DNA of 64,000 bases from Sulfurimonas sp. (GCA_028044295.1 JAOFSE010000011.1:890-64889), one strand, 5' to 3'; positions 42,801 to 52,335 are shown, counted from the stretch's first letter. Made by a program: numbers and translations. The notes: generated by a model from the letters alone, not told the origin.

Positions 42801-43046
42801 ATAAGGATCAATATCTATCTCAAAGCTCTTAAATGAAATAAGATGCTGTCCAGATAAATCCTTTAAATCTAAACCATGAATAATCAGTCTGAAAATAAAT
42901 GGATTAAAATCAATATCTTCTATACTCAGCTTAGCATTTATCTCTTTATTCGTAATTTCTACAACTTGAGACTTTAAAACTATTGGTAATATTACAAAAC
43001 CAATCACTGAATATATAATCAACACTGATAATATTTTTTTTAACAT
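39819..43046 (-). CDS. DUF748-domain envelope protein, 1075 aa
   Basis: N-terminal anchor, FNPF, repeated beta-rich units, IDIDMPVEGNMDEPDF and FANLIVKAVTSPF. Confidence 0.85.
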   Translation of the reverse strand: MLKKILSVLIIYSVIGFVILPIVLKSQVVEITNKEINAKLSIEDIDFNPFIFRLIIHGLDLKDLSGQHLISFKSFEIDIDPYNLYNGTINVKKVLLSSPQILLEQNKDKVFNLATILKESDEVVKPTEEETPSKLPRIIIDELAVEEGIFTYTDNTKLNKFHTSIKDITFILKDIDTDDFTSRGAELRFYSNLGNGGKIDIKTNILGLEPLNLEGSIDFKLNKLYNHERYVQDELGIEVANGKFSLYADYRVNTNDLNATSIDNLEIDLADLRLKPKNKNIDILNLQSFKVQNASIKPFQKDIHVDGISLKNLLVDFSIDEDGNIDLLDYINNVKSNQNKRLNSYKYSLIVGSMNTHLDLNISSSSEENATNYVNVNNVDFELNNFLFTSQTDNEKLLGFKNFKIDDINVDTKTKDLHVSAIDLNGLGIYLRKDKTGDMNINKLMVSKESKESKSSVESQKDASEEKPFSVKLGKVSLSSAEINFNDESIQDKTISRLDNIDINAYNIDSSKNSWLDYDATIRVNRGGTVNSKGTVRHTPLQQKGTFTIDRVSLKEITPYLQESMHLALVDGFFSLNSNLSYSKSSKQPDLHVTGGLKLEEFELMDSRNSDRLLTFSKTELKSFTLDLFPGSLFIDKINLDAFYVNAQIDKNKQMNLAQLSKTTSDEKKTKESDNNSTIDKGEPFPLKIMQLHVSNGAAIFADYSLPLQFKTSIHDLNGDVYAISNTKGEVSYIDIDGEIDKYGSTKIKGSIEASDIKSYTDIGVSFRNLGLDSYSGYSAQFAGHKIESGKLFLDLGYKIHNSELLGSNSVVIKKMELGDTIEDENITALPLGFAIALLEDSEGVIDIDMPVEGNMDEPDFKYGSLVLKTFANLIVKAVTSPFNFLGAAMGIDGDELKFVDFEPSEYIILPPQREKLDNLAKILVKKQKLSLDILSSYDAELDKKAIQLNKLTDEVIKRSDEAILTVDILEDIYEESVGSDISDALKDEFEKRYEDDDDLFDSEYRKELLVRCTSTQIVSLEELQELAQGRANGIRTYLVVDKQIDPSRIIAKDVLVSEENDEKWAKTELKIVVK

Positions 43047-43076
43047 ATCTAGCCTTTTTGAAATGGATATAATCTT

Positions 43077-44510
43077 TTAATGAGCGTCTTTTAGAACATC
43101 TGCTCTTGGAAAAATAAAAATAGAATCTCTATAAACCACAATCTTTTCCTCATGTCCTAAAGCATACGCTCTTATTTGTATAGGTATTATACTGTCTTGT
43201 CTTGCGTCATCTACTAGAACTTCTTGAGTCCTAAGAACTACAATTTTTTTCTTTTTAATCCCTGGCACCGCAGTAAAAGGTTTAGATGGTTTAGCTATAA
43301 ATATCTTACCTTCCATACTCTTTGGAGGAATTATTTCAAAATAAAATTTCATCTTTTCATTTTCAGTATTTTGAAGTAAGAACTCATATGCATTATCAAC
43401 TTGTACTTTTCCATTTGAAAGTAGTTTTGTTGAGTATAAACGGTTCTCTTTATTTATATTAAGAAGCATATGCTCTTTTTTACTACCCATAATTGCAGTA
43501 GTAACCAATAAAAATATTAATATTGCAATATATATAAGCACTTTTGGACGAAAGAGTTTTGTCTTTCCTTTTTGATCAACTATTTCATAATCACTCGACC
43601 AAGTAACAAGAGAAGGCTTTCCAAGTTTACCCATTACCGTAGTACATGCATCAACACACTCTAAACAGTTGATACACTCTAATTGTAACCCTTTACGAAT
43701 ATCTATGTGTGTAGGGCATACCGTAACACACGATTCGCATGTAGTACACTCAGCTGTTGGATCTACAAGTTGTAATTCTTTTTGTTTAGTGAAAGTTTTA
43801 TCATGATTTTCATCATATATATCCCCGCCTCTGTGCATATCATATAATGCCATTACTGTGTGTTCATCATATAAAACAGACTGCACACGGGAGTATGGAC
43901 AGACATAAACACAAAAATCTTCTTGTAAAAATACAATGTCATATACCAAGAATATTGCTATACCTATCCAGGTTCCAAAAAGTGCCCAATGTTCTTCAAA
44001 CTCAAAGAAGTTCGAGATAAACTCTTGAGGAGGTACAAAAAACCATAAAAAATCAGCAGCAGCTACATGTGCAAGGAAAATAGCAATTAAAAGTGCAACA
44101 AATCTTTTCACTTTATTTTCTAACTTACTCATATCAGGTTCTAACTGTTTGTTTTTTATACGCTTACGAAGTCCAAGTATTTTTGTCTCTATAAGATCAC
44201 GATATGCTACACGAAAAACAGTCTGTGGACAGACCCATCCACAAAACACACGTCCACCCATAACAGTCATTCCAAAAACACCAAGAAATAAAACCATTAA
44301 AATAAATGGCATTAAGTAAAGTTCCTGCATATCAAACTGAACAAAAGCAAGATGTAGTTTTAATTTGTCAAAACTTAAAAGAAAAAAGTGGTTACCATCT
44401 ACTTGTATCCAAGGCAATACAAGGGTAAATATTGTAGCAAATACAAACATATAATAACGTTTATATCTCCATGGCATAGGTATTTTATACGCTTTAGTTT
44501 TACTACTCAT
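43077..44510 (-). CDS. ccoG: cbb3 oxidase accessory polyferredoxin CcoG/RdxA
   Basis: GRVFCGWVCPQT, FCVYVCPY, CTTCESCVTVCP, CINCLECVDAC. Confidence 0.95.
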   Translation of the reverse strand: MSSKTKAYKIPMPWRYKRYYMFVFATIFTLVLPWIQVDGNHFFLLSFDKLKLHLAFVQFDMQELYLMPFILMVLFLGVFGMTVMGGRVFCGWVCPQTVFRVAYRDLIETKILGLRKRIKNKQLEPDMSKLENKVKRFVALLIAIFLAHVAAADFLWFFVPPQEFISNFFEFEEHWALFGTWIGIAIFLVYDIVFLQEDFCVYVCPYSRVQSVLYDEHTVMALYDMHRGGDIYDENHDKTFTKQKELQLVDPTAECTTCESCVTVCPTHIDIRKGLQLECINCLECVDACTTVMGKLGKPSLVTWSSDYEIVDQKGKTKLFRPKVLIYIAILIFLLVTTAIMGSKKEHMLLNINKENRLYSTKLLSNGKVQVDNAYEFLLQNTENEKMKFYFEIIPPKSMEGKIFIAKPSKPFTAVPGIKKKKIVVLRTQEVLVDDARQDSIIPIQIRAYALGHEEKIVVYRDSIFIFPRADVLKDAH

Positions 44511-44696
44511 AGCTAACTCCAATCCTATTTATCATACAAAATGATAACCAACATATTATTAAGTGATACTTATGATAATAATAAGAAATAAGTATTACTT
44601 ATCCATCTTCTTTATTATACTGCTTATATTGATAAAAGCATAAATTATGCTCCAATTTGGTAAAATATATCCAATAATATTTTAAAAAGATTTTGA

Positions 44697-47600
44697 ATGA
44701 CAACACGTGAATATATTTTAAATACAATTGAAAAACGTCCTCTTATTATAGACGGTGCAATGGGTACTCAACTACAGCAACGTGATGATAAGATATCTAA
44801 AGAAGCATGGGAAGGTAATGAAGGTTGTAATGAACTTTTAAATGTTACTGCACCTGAAATTTTAAGTGAAATTTTCTCAGCTTATTTAACTGCTGGAGCC
44901 GACCTAATTACTACAAATACATTTGGCTCTTTCTCTTGGGTTTTAGATGAGTATGACATCGGTAATCGTGCATACGAATTAACTAGGGCAGGTGCCGAGC
45001 TTGTTAAAAAAGAATGTGAGAAGTTTTCAACTCCTGAGCATCCCCGTTTTGTACTAGGTTCAGTTGGTCCAGGAACAAAACTTCCTTCTCTAGGACACAT
45101 AACCTACGATGAAATGTATGAGGGTTATACAGAGTTTTGTAAGGCACTAATAGACGGCGGCGTTGATATATTTTTACTTGAAACTGCTCAAGATCCTCTT
45201 CAGATAAAAGCAGCACTTCATGCGTGTCAAGAAGCTAACAGACAAAAAGATAGTGATATTCCTATCATGGTATCTGTAACAATAGAGCTTAGCGGTACTA
45301 TGCTTATAGGAACAGATGCTCAAACAATTGCAACTATCTTGGAGCCTTTTGACATCTTAAGTCTTGGCTTTAACTGTGGAACTGGACCAGAACAAGTTCT
45401 AAAACATGTAAAAACATTAAGTGAAGTATGGCATAAACCTATTAGTGTTCATGCGAATGCAGGTCTTCCACAAAACCGCGGTGGATACACTTACTACCCA
45501 ATGGGACCAGATGAGTTTGTAGCTCAACAGGAAAAGTTTTTAAACTTTGATGGTGTTAGTTTTCTAGGTGGTTGTTGTGGTACTACACCTCAACATATTC
45601 GTGCCCTGACTAATAAAGTAACAGCGATTAAACCAAAAAAACCAACAGGTTCTCATCCAAACTCTGTAGCTTCACTTTTCAATATTGCAGAACTTATGCA
45701 AGAGCCAGCTCCACTTCTTATGGGTGAGAGGTCAAATGCTACTGGTTCAAAAGCTTTTAGAGAACTTATCTTAGCTGAAGACTATGAGGGAACTCTAAGT
45801 GTAGCGCAACAACAAGTTCGTGCCGGTGCACACTTAGTTGACGTAAATGTTGGTTTTGCGGGTCGTGATGAAACTAAAGATATGAATGCAGTAATTGGAA
45901 TGTATAACCAAAAAATTGCTCTTCCTCTTATGCCTGACTCTACTTCCACAAAAGGTTTAGAAACTGCTCTGAAAAACATAGGTGGAAAACCAATTCTAAA
46001 CTCAGTAAACCTAGAAGATGGTGAACCTAAGTTTGATGAAGTTTGTTCATTAGCTAAAAAGTTTGGTACATCTCTAGTATGTCTTACAATTGATGAAATT
46101 GGTATGGCAAAGAGTGTAGAAGATAAACTAAAAGTGGCAGATAGAATTATAGATTTAGCAACGAATAGACATGGAATTAAAAAAGAAGAATTAATTTTTG
46201 ATGTATTAACATTCACACTTGCTAGTGGAGATGAAGAGTACTGGGATGCTGGAATCAACACTATTGAAGCTATTCGTGCACTTCGCTTAAAACATCCAGA
46301 AGTAAGTACCACACTAGGCTTATCAAATATATCTTTTGGATTAGATAAAGACGCACGTCCATACCTTAACTCAATGTTTTTACATCATTGTATCCAAGCA
46401 GGTCTAACATCTGTTATCATCAATGTTAAGCACATTATTCCTATCAACAAAATCTCTAAGGAAGACCAAAAGATATGTGATGACCTTATCTTTAACCGTC
46501 AGCCAAATGGAGAAGCTCTTTTTGCCTTTATAGAACACTTTAGTACAAAAGAGGCTATAGATACTAGTGCTGAAGATGCAGAGTATTTAGCTATGAATGA
46601 TGAAGAAAAAATTGCTAAACTGCTGATGGATGGTGATAAAGAGAGAATGATTCCTCTTGTTGAAGAAGCTCGTCACAAGATCGCTCCGGAAGTAATCGTA
46701 AATGAGATTCTTATTGATGCTATGAAAGTTGTTGGAGAGCTATTTGGCTCAGGACAGATGCAACTTCCATTTGTACTTCAATCAGCTGAGACTATGAAAA
46801 AGACAGTTGATTTTTTAAACCCATACCTTCCTAAAGTTGAAAAAACTGTAGATACTACACTATCACTAGGAACTGTCAAAGGTGATGTTCATGATGTTGG
46901 TAAAAACCTTGTAGATATCATCCTGTCAAACAACGGGTACAAGGTTCAAAACCTTGGTATTAAAGTTGAACTTGATAAATTTTTAGAGACGATGGACAAT
47001 GGACATATCTCTGCTCTTGGTATGAGTGGACTACTTGTAAAGTCTACTCAAGTTATGCTTGAGAATCTAAATACACTTAAAGAAAAAGGAATCACTATTC
47101 CTATACTTCTTGGTGGTGCCGCTCTTACTCGTGCCTTTATAGATGACTTTTGTCGTCCTGCTTACGATGGACCTATATTTTACTGTAAGGATGCCTTTGA
47201 TGGGGTAACTGCTATGAGTCGCATAGAAGCTGGTAACATGGATACGAACCTTCATGGTGAAGCTGGAGAAGTAAAAGAGAAAAAAGAGAAAAAAGAAATC
47301 ATTATCCCTCCATTCTCTGAACTTAAAATGCCTTCTCGTGATATAACTGTTCCAACACCTCCATTTTGGGGAAGACGTGAGATTAAACTTACAGAGCAAC
47401 AAATTGAGATGGCTTTTGAGTGGATAAATCATAAGATACTTTTCAAATCTCGTTGGGGTTATAGTTCTAAGGGAATGACAAAAGAAGCGTACGAGAAACA
47501 ACTAGATGAAGTCGTATGGCCAGCATATGAAAAACTAAAAAAACAATTTTTAGATGAAAAACTTTTTGAACCAACGATCATCTATGGTTATTGGCCATGT

Positions 47601-48188
47601 AGAAGTGATGATAACACTCTCCTTATCTTTGATGAAAGTGAAGGCTATCACTCAGACTCTGAAGTAAATCGTGACCAACTAGAACATGTTATAGGTAGAG
47701 CAAAAGAGAAATTTGACTTTCCTCGGCAGTCAAAACAACCTCACCGTGCCCTTAGTGACTTTTTCCATAGTGATAGACATGATGTTATAGCTCTTTCATG
47801 TGTAAGTGCTGGAGCTAAGATAAGTGATGCGGAGAGAGCTGTAATGGATGCGGGTGAATACACTGAGTATTATCAGTTCCATGGCCTTGGGGTTGAGCTT
47901 GCTGAAGCTCTTGCAGAGATAGCACATAAACAAGTAAGACTTGATTTAAATATATCAGATAATGAAGGTAGTAAACTTAGTGATGTGCAGATGAATAAAT
48001 ACCAAGGGAGTCGTTACTCTTTTGGTTATGCAGCTTGTCCTGACTTAGAACTCAATCGTCCTCTGTTTAATTTGCTTAAACCTGAAGAATTTGGGATTGA
48101 ACTTAGTGAAACCTTTCAGATTCATCCAGAACAATCTACAAGTGCATTAGTAGTTTATCACCCTAATGCTACTTATTACAATATATAA
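44697..48188 (+). CDS. metH: cobalamin-dependent methionine synthase
   Basis: DGAMGT, GGCCGTTP, GERSN, DVHDVGKN (B12 His), SGLL, RYSFGY.ACP. Confidence 0.98.
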   Translation: MTTREYILNTIEKRPLIIDGAMGTQLQQRDDKISKEAWEGNEGCNELLNVTAPEILSEIFSAYLTAGADLITTNTFGSFSWVLDEYDIGNRAYELTRAGAELVKKECEKFSTPEHPRFVLGSVGPGTKLPSLGHITYDEMYEGYTEFCKALIDGGVDIFLLETAQDPLQIKAALHACQEANRQKDSDIPIMVSVTIELSGTMLIGTDAQTIATILEPFDILSLGFNCGTGPEQVLKHVKTLSEVWHKPISVHANAGLPQNRGGYTYYPMGPDEFVAQQEKFLNFDGVSFLGGCCGTTPQHIRALTNKVTAIKPKKPTGSHPNSVASLFNIAELMQEPAPLLMGERSNATGSKAFRELILAEDYEGTLSVAQQQVRAGAHLVDVNVGFAGRDETKDMNAVIGMYNQKIALPLMPDSTSTKGLETALKNIGGKPILNSVNLEDGEPKFDEVCSLAKKFGTSLVCLTIDEIGMAKSVEDKLKVADRIIDLATNRHGIKKEELIFDVLTFTLASGDEEYWDAGINTIEAIRALRLKHPEVSTTLGLSNISFGLDKDARPYLNSMFLHHCIQAGLTSVIINVKHIIPINKISKEDQKICDDLIFNRQPNGEALFAFIEHFSTKEAIDTSAEDAEYLAMNDEEKIAKLLMDGDKERMIPLVEEARHKIAPEVIVNEILIDAMKVVGELFGSGQMQLPFVLQSAETMKKTVDFLNPYLPKVEKTVDTTLSLGTVKGDVHDVGKNLVDIILSNNGYKVQNLGIKVELDKFLETMDNGHISALGMSGLLVKSTQVMLENLNTLKEKGITIPILLGGAALTRAFIDDFCRPAYDGPIFYCKDAFDGVTAMSRIEAGNMDTNLHGEAGEVKEKKEKKEIIIPPFSELKMPSRDITVPTPPFWGRREIKLTEQQIEMAFEWINHKILFKSRWGYSSKGMTKEAYEKQLDEVVWPAYEKLKKQFLDEKLFEPTIIYGYWPCRSDDNTLLIFDESEGYHSDSEVNRDQLEHVIGRAKEKFDFPRQSKQPHRALSDFFHSDRHDVIALSCVSAGAKISDAERAVMDAGEYTEYYQFHGLGVELAEALAEIAHKQVRLDLNISDNEGSKLSDVQMNKYQGSRYSFGYAACPDLELNRPLFNLLKPEEFGIELSETFQIHPEQSTSALVVYHPNATYYNI

Positions 48189-48196
48189 CTCTAAGT

Positions 48197-48625
48197 CTAT
48201 AACGACTTAGTAGTTGTCCAGATTCCATGTAAGTTACATCCTGATCTTGCTGTAAGAACCTTAGCATTATCTAATTTTACAGAAAAAGAAGTATATCCAC
48301 GAGAAATCTCAGCTTCTAATGTATTTTTACCAACTAATTTACCATCTACATGTAGCTCGATAAAATCTATCCAATGATCTGGTGTACTTGGATGCATAAT
48401 TCCATCTTGACCAACATTGATATTTATTTGTGTATAACCTTTTGAGTCTTTTTCACCAATAGTGATGTCCGGAGAATGCTTTTTCTCACCCTTAGTCATA
48501 TTGTTTGTATCTTCAGGCTTCATCTCCATTCTGTTCATAAATGGTTCATTTCCACCTGCTTCTGCTCCTACTGCTGTAACTAAAGCTGTAATACCAGCTA
48601 CTTTTATTGCGTCTCTTCTATTCAT
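48197..48625 (-). CDS. Tat-exported superoxide reductase (1Fe-SOR/neelaredoxin type)
   Basis: RRDAIK Tat signal with AEA; EKKH.P, HP....HWI, CNLHG ligands. Confidence 0.88.
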   Translation of the reverse strand: MNRRDAIKVAGITALVTAVGAEAGGNEPFMNRMEMKPEDTNNMTKGEKKHSPDITIGEKDSKGYTQININVGQDGIMHPSTPDHWIDFIELHVDGKLVGKNTLEAEISRGYTSFSVKLDNAKVLTARSGCNLHGIWTTTKSL

Positions 48626-48681
48626 AAAATTTCCTTTTTCTAATTGTTCAATAGTATAGAAAATTGCCTTAAAAAAAGATA

Positions 48682-50187
48682 CTATCTTCTTCTATAGCTT
48701 AATGCTTCAAGTATATGTGATTTATCTATTATCTCTAAATTATCTATATCTGCAATAGTACGAGATACCTTTTGAATTTTTTTGATACTTCGAAAACTAA
48801 GAGAGAAATTCATAGTAGCTTTGTCTAGTGTAGCTTTAGCTTCATCACTCATGATACAAAATTTTTCAATATCTTTATCATTTAGTTTTGCAGTAAAGTT
48901 CTTTTGCCCTCTTTTTTTAATAATATGATGAACATCTATAACTTTTTGATGCATATCTTTAGAGCTAGATGTAGACTTATCATCAATGCTTACACTTTGC
49001 ATTGTAACACTCAAGTCAATCCTATCAAGAAATGGGTCTGAGAGTCTATTTTTATATTTACTAATTTCTAGTTCATTACATCTACACTCTTTAGATTCAT
49101 CTAACAAGTTACCACAAGGGCATGGGTTCATAGCCCCAATGAAAAGAAAGTCTGCAGGGTACTCAACTTTTGAGTTAACACGTGAAATTTTTATCCTTGC
49201 ATCTTGAAGCGGTTCACGTAAAGCTTCAAGAACAGACTTTGAAAAGTGGGGTAGCTCATCAAAAAACAATATTCCCCCATTAGCTAAACCTACTTCACCG
49301 ATTTTTGCCTTATGACTTCCACCACCAAATATAGAGGCTGATGATGATGTATGATGTGGTGAACAAAAGTTACGTAGTGGTTTAAATTCTGGCTCTTTAC
49401 CTTCAAGTGAATCTAACTTTGCTATATCTAGAATTTCACTTTTATTCAGAGGAGGTAAAATATAACGAATTCTCTGAGCTATCATACTTTTACCACATCC
49501 AGGACTACCTTCTAAAAGTATATTATGAAATCCACATGCAGAAATCAATGCTGCTCGTTTAGCAATTGTTTGTCCCTTAACATCAATAAAGTCATCATCA
49601 TACTTAGTGTTAACATAGTATTTTTGATCAAGAATATAACTAGGTGCAGTAAAAGAACTCTCCGAAACATTTGGTTTAGCGCTCTCTTGTGTCTTCAAAA
49701 TCTCTATAGCCTCTTTTAAACTCTTTACTCCATAGAACTCAACATTTGGAATCTTTGAAAGCTTATCAAGACTTACGAATGGAACTATAGCTTTTTTTAG
49801 TATTCCTTGATTTGCCAAAGAAAGTAGTAATGGGTAAAGTTGATGATTCTCTTTTACTGTCCCATCAAGTCCAAGTTCACCAAATACAAACCAATCAGAA
49901 AAATCATCTTCTGAAGTGTTAAGAGCTATCATTAACGCGATACTCAAGTCAAAATGGCTTCCATCTTTTTTCAAATCACTTGGACTGAGAGACAGCGTTA
50001 TTCTCTTAGGAGGGAACTTAAACTCATTAGATAAAAGTGCAGATTTAACACGTTCCTTCGATTCATTTATAGATAAAGAAGTCATCCCAATAACTGAAAA
50101 AGATGGAAGACCTTTGGTTAATGTCGATTCTACATGTACAGTTTTTGCATCCAAACCTTCATACGTGGCACAAGATACTTTTTTCAT
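48682..50187 (-). CDS. comM: YifB/ComM Mg-chelatase-like AAA+ ATPase
   Basis: FPPKRITLSLSPSDLKKDGSHFDL, GSPGCGKS, FFDELP, AMNPCPCG, LDRID. Confidence 0.9.
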   Translation of the reverse strand: MKKVSCATYEGLDAKTVHVESTLTKGLPSFSVIGMTSLSINESKERVKSALLSNEFKFPPKRITLSLSPSDLKKDGSHFDLSIALMIALNTSEDDFSDWFVFGELGLDGTVKENHQLYPLLLSLANQGILKKAIVPFVSLDKLSKIPNVEFYGVKSLKEAIEILKTQESAKPNVSESSFTAPSYILDQKYYVNTKYDDDFIDVKGQTIAKRAALISACGFHNILLEGSPGCGKSMIAQRIRYILPPLNKSEILDIAKLDSLEGKEPEFKPLRNFCSPHHTSSSASIFGGGSHKAKIGEVGLANGGILFFDELPHFSKSVLEALREPLQDARIKISRVNSKVEYPADFLFIGAMNPCPCGNLLDESKECRCNELEISKYKNRLSDPFLDRIDLSVTMQSVSIDDKSTSSSKDMHQKVIDVHHIIKKRGQKNFTAKLNDKDIEKFCIMSDEAKATLDKATMNFSLSFRSIKKIQKVSRTIADIDNLEIIDKSHILEALSYRRR

Positions 50188-50258
50188 AATGAACTCCTAT
50201 ACTATATTTATGTCTTAAAGGATAATATAGGTTATTTATCAATATATGTTTAAATATT

Positions 50259-50399
50259 TCATTTTGTCATATTTTCTGCATCAAGCTTTGCTCTATCTGC
50301 CTTTGAAATATAACGTTCCTTTGAGGAATTCTTTAATTTTGCACGTGCACGTTTAGTACGTTTATCGTACATCTTTTGAATCTTAGCTTTTCTATTCAT
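50259..50399 (-). CDS. small basic protein, DUF2986-like, 46 aa (not in the ORF track)
   Basis: GGAG SD; MNRKAKIQKMYDKRTKRARAKLKNSSKERYISKADRAKLDAENMTK; MNRK start and RYISKA.RAKL motif. Confidence 0.8.
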   Translation of the reverse strand: MNRKAKIQKMYDKRTKRARAKLKNSSKERYISKADRAKLDAENMTK

Positions 50400-50555
50400 A
50401 TGAGCACTCCTTTAATTTCATTGTATATTCATGTTATTATACTTCACAAAGTACTAAATAACTATCTATAATTTCAAAACTTTGATTAATCATATATAAT
50501 TTACTGTTCTGCTACCCCTTTATTTTTATATTGGATAACTTTGTTAAAATTCGGT

Positions 50556-51083
50556 ATGAATAAAAAACAATTAGCTATTTTAAGTGTCGGTAATGTATTA
50601 CATAAAGATGAAGGTATTGCTTTATATGCGAGTAAATATCTAGAATCTAATTACAGTTTTCACCCAGGAGTGGATATCATTCATGGTGGTGTTGAAAAAA
50701 TGAGTTTAGTCAATATTTTTATGGAATACCAGGAAGTCATTGTCCTTGATGTCATAGGAATTGAGGATACTCCAGGTTCAATATATCAGTTTCCTATGTC
50801 AACATTTCGTGGTTTTAGTACAGATGAGGACGATAATGAAAAGAGTGTCTTAGGATGTCTAAATTTAATTGAGAAGCAAGGAAACACATTGCCAAAAGTC
50901 AGTCTTTTTGCAATTATTCCAGATACAATAGAACCAAAAGTCGGTTTAAGTGATTCTATTTTAAAACCCTTTGATGCTTATATCTTAATGATTACAAAAG
51001 CGCTTGAAGACAAAGGGTTTAATTGTATAGCTAAAACTGAGAAGCAAACAATCGAAAGCGTCGTAGCAAGTTTTAGTAGTTAA
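50556..51083 (+). CDS. hydrogenase maturation protease family protein (HyaD/HybD-like)
   Basis: ILSVGNVLHKDEG, GVDIIHGG, VIVLD, PGSIY, IIPDTI...GLS. Confidence 0.8.
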   Translation: MNKKQLAILSVGNVLHKDEGIALYASKYLESNYSFHPGVDIIHGGVEKMSLVNIFMEYQEVIVLDVIGIEDTPGSIYQFPMSTFRGFSTDEDDNEKSVLGCLNLIEKQGNTLPKVSLFAIIPDTIEPKVGLSDSILKPFDAYILMITKALEDKGFNCIAKTEKQTIESVVASFSS

Positions 51084-51093
51084 AGGATAGTTG

Positions 51094-51795
51094 ATGCCCG
51101 GACGATTGAGTATGTTCAATGATGCTACTTTTATCCAAGACATTACAAATAAGTTTGGTCCATCAAAAGATACAATTGGTATCTTAAACAAACAGTATAA
51201 TATTCCTCCCACATTAAATATAGCTATCTATACCAATACAAACCTATATACATATGCACACTTTGGACTTATACCATCGTGGGCGAATAAACGTTCTTCT
51301 ATGCAAATTAATGCACGAAGTGAAACAGTATTTGAAAAGAGTAGCTTTAAAGAAGCCTACAAACAAAGGAGATGTCTAATTCCTCTCAATGGATACTTTG
51401 AATGGAAAAAAGATAGCGAAAATAAAAAAAGCATCCCTCATTTTATAACATCTTCCAATCGAGACTATTTTGTCTTTGCAGGCATATATGAATCATGGTA
51501 CGATAATTTACTTGGTGAGACTATACTAACATGTGCTCTACTTACAACAGAACCTAATGCAAAGATAGCAACTTTACATGACCGAATGCCCGTGATACTT
51601 GAATCAGACAAATGGGAGGTATGGCTTAATAACAAAAGTAGCTATAGTGAACTTAACAAATTTTTCACACCCATTCCAAGTGACAAGATAACATACTTTA
51701 GAGTAAGTGACTTGGTAAATAGTGTTAAAAACAATAGTATGGAATGTATAACTAAGAATATAGAGGTAGCACCTAGACAAGGAACACTCTTTTAA
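51094..51795 (+). CDS. SOS response-associated peptidase (SRAP/YedK/HMCES family), Cys2->Pro variant
   Basis: GLIPSW, INARSET, RRCLIP.NGYFEW, HDRMPVIL, V...VNSVKN; begins MPGR. Confidence 0.9.
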   Translation: MPGRLSMFNDATFIQDITNKFGPSKDTIGILNKQYNIPPTLNIAIYTNTNLYTYAHFGLIPSWANKRSSMQINARSETVFEKSSFKEAYKQRRCLIPLNGYFEWKKDSENKKSIPHFITSSNRDYFVFAGIYESWYDNLLGETILTCALLTTEPNAKIATLHDRMPVILESDKWEVWLNNKSSYSELNKFFTPIPSDKITYFRVSDLVNSVKNNSMECITKNIEVAPRQGTLF

Positions 51796-51807
51796 ATTCT
51801 AAGCGAA

Positions 51808-52335
51808 TTATTTCTTTGTAGTGTTTCTCTCTTTTTGAAACTTCTTATACTCTTTTTCAAACTTTTTTCTTCTTGAATATGAAAGTTTGTCAACAAATAA
51901 AACACCATTTAAGTGATCAATTTCATGTTGTATTGCAACACTTAATAAGCCATGTGCTTCAACTGTTTTAGTATTTCCATCTCTATCTTGATAATTAACA
52001 GTTACTACTTCGGATCTATTAATGTCTTCATAAAAAGAAGGTACACTTAAACATCCTTCTTGATATGTTGTTTCACCAGTTTCATTTGTAATAACTGGAT
52101 TAACCATCTCAATGAGATTATCTTCCGATTGCTCATCATTTTCATCTGGTATATTTAAAATAAGTACCTGTTTTGCATGTGCAACTTGGATAGCAGCTAG
52201 ACCAATACCATTCGTATTAATCATTACAGGATACATCGCATCTAAAAGTTTATGTAGTTCTTCATCAAACTTTTCTACTTTTACTGATTTTTCACGCAGT
52301 TTTTTATCTGGGTATTCTACTATTTTTAAATTCAT
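51808..52335 (-). CDS. def: peptide deformylase
   Basis: GIGLAAIQV, EGCLSVP, QHEIDHLNG. Confidence 0.99.
   Translation of the reverse strand: MNLKIVEYPDKKLREKSVKVEKFDEELHKLLDAMYPVMINTNGIGLAAIQVAHAKQVLILNIPDENDEQSEDNLIEMVNPVITNETGETTYQEGCLSVPSFYEDINRSEVVTVNYQDRDGNTKTVEAHGLLSVAIQHEIDHLNGVLFVDKLSYSRRKKFEKEYKKFQKERNTTKK

Noticed and set aside
44523-44696. cobalamin or SAM riboswitch upstream of metH
   Set aside because: Short, extremely AT-rich divergent intergenic region with no riboswitch core motifs or GC-rich stems.
45782-47501. 176-aa and 144-aa minus-strand ORFs
   Set aside because: Antisense shadows of metH. The same applies to the other short ORFs nested opposite recognised genes.
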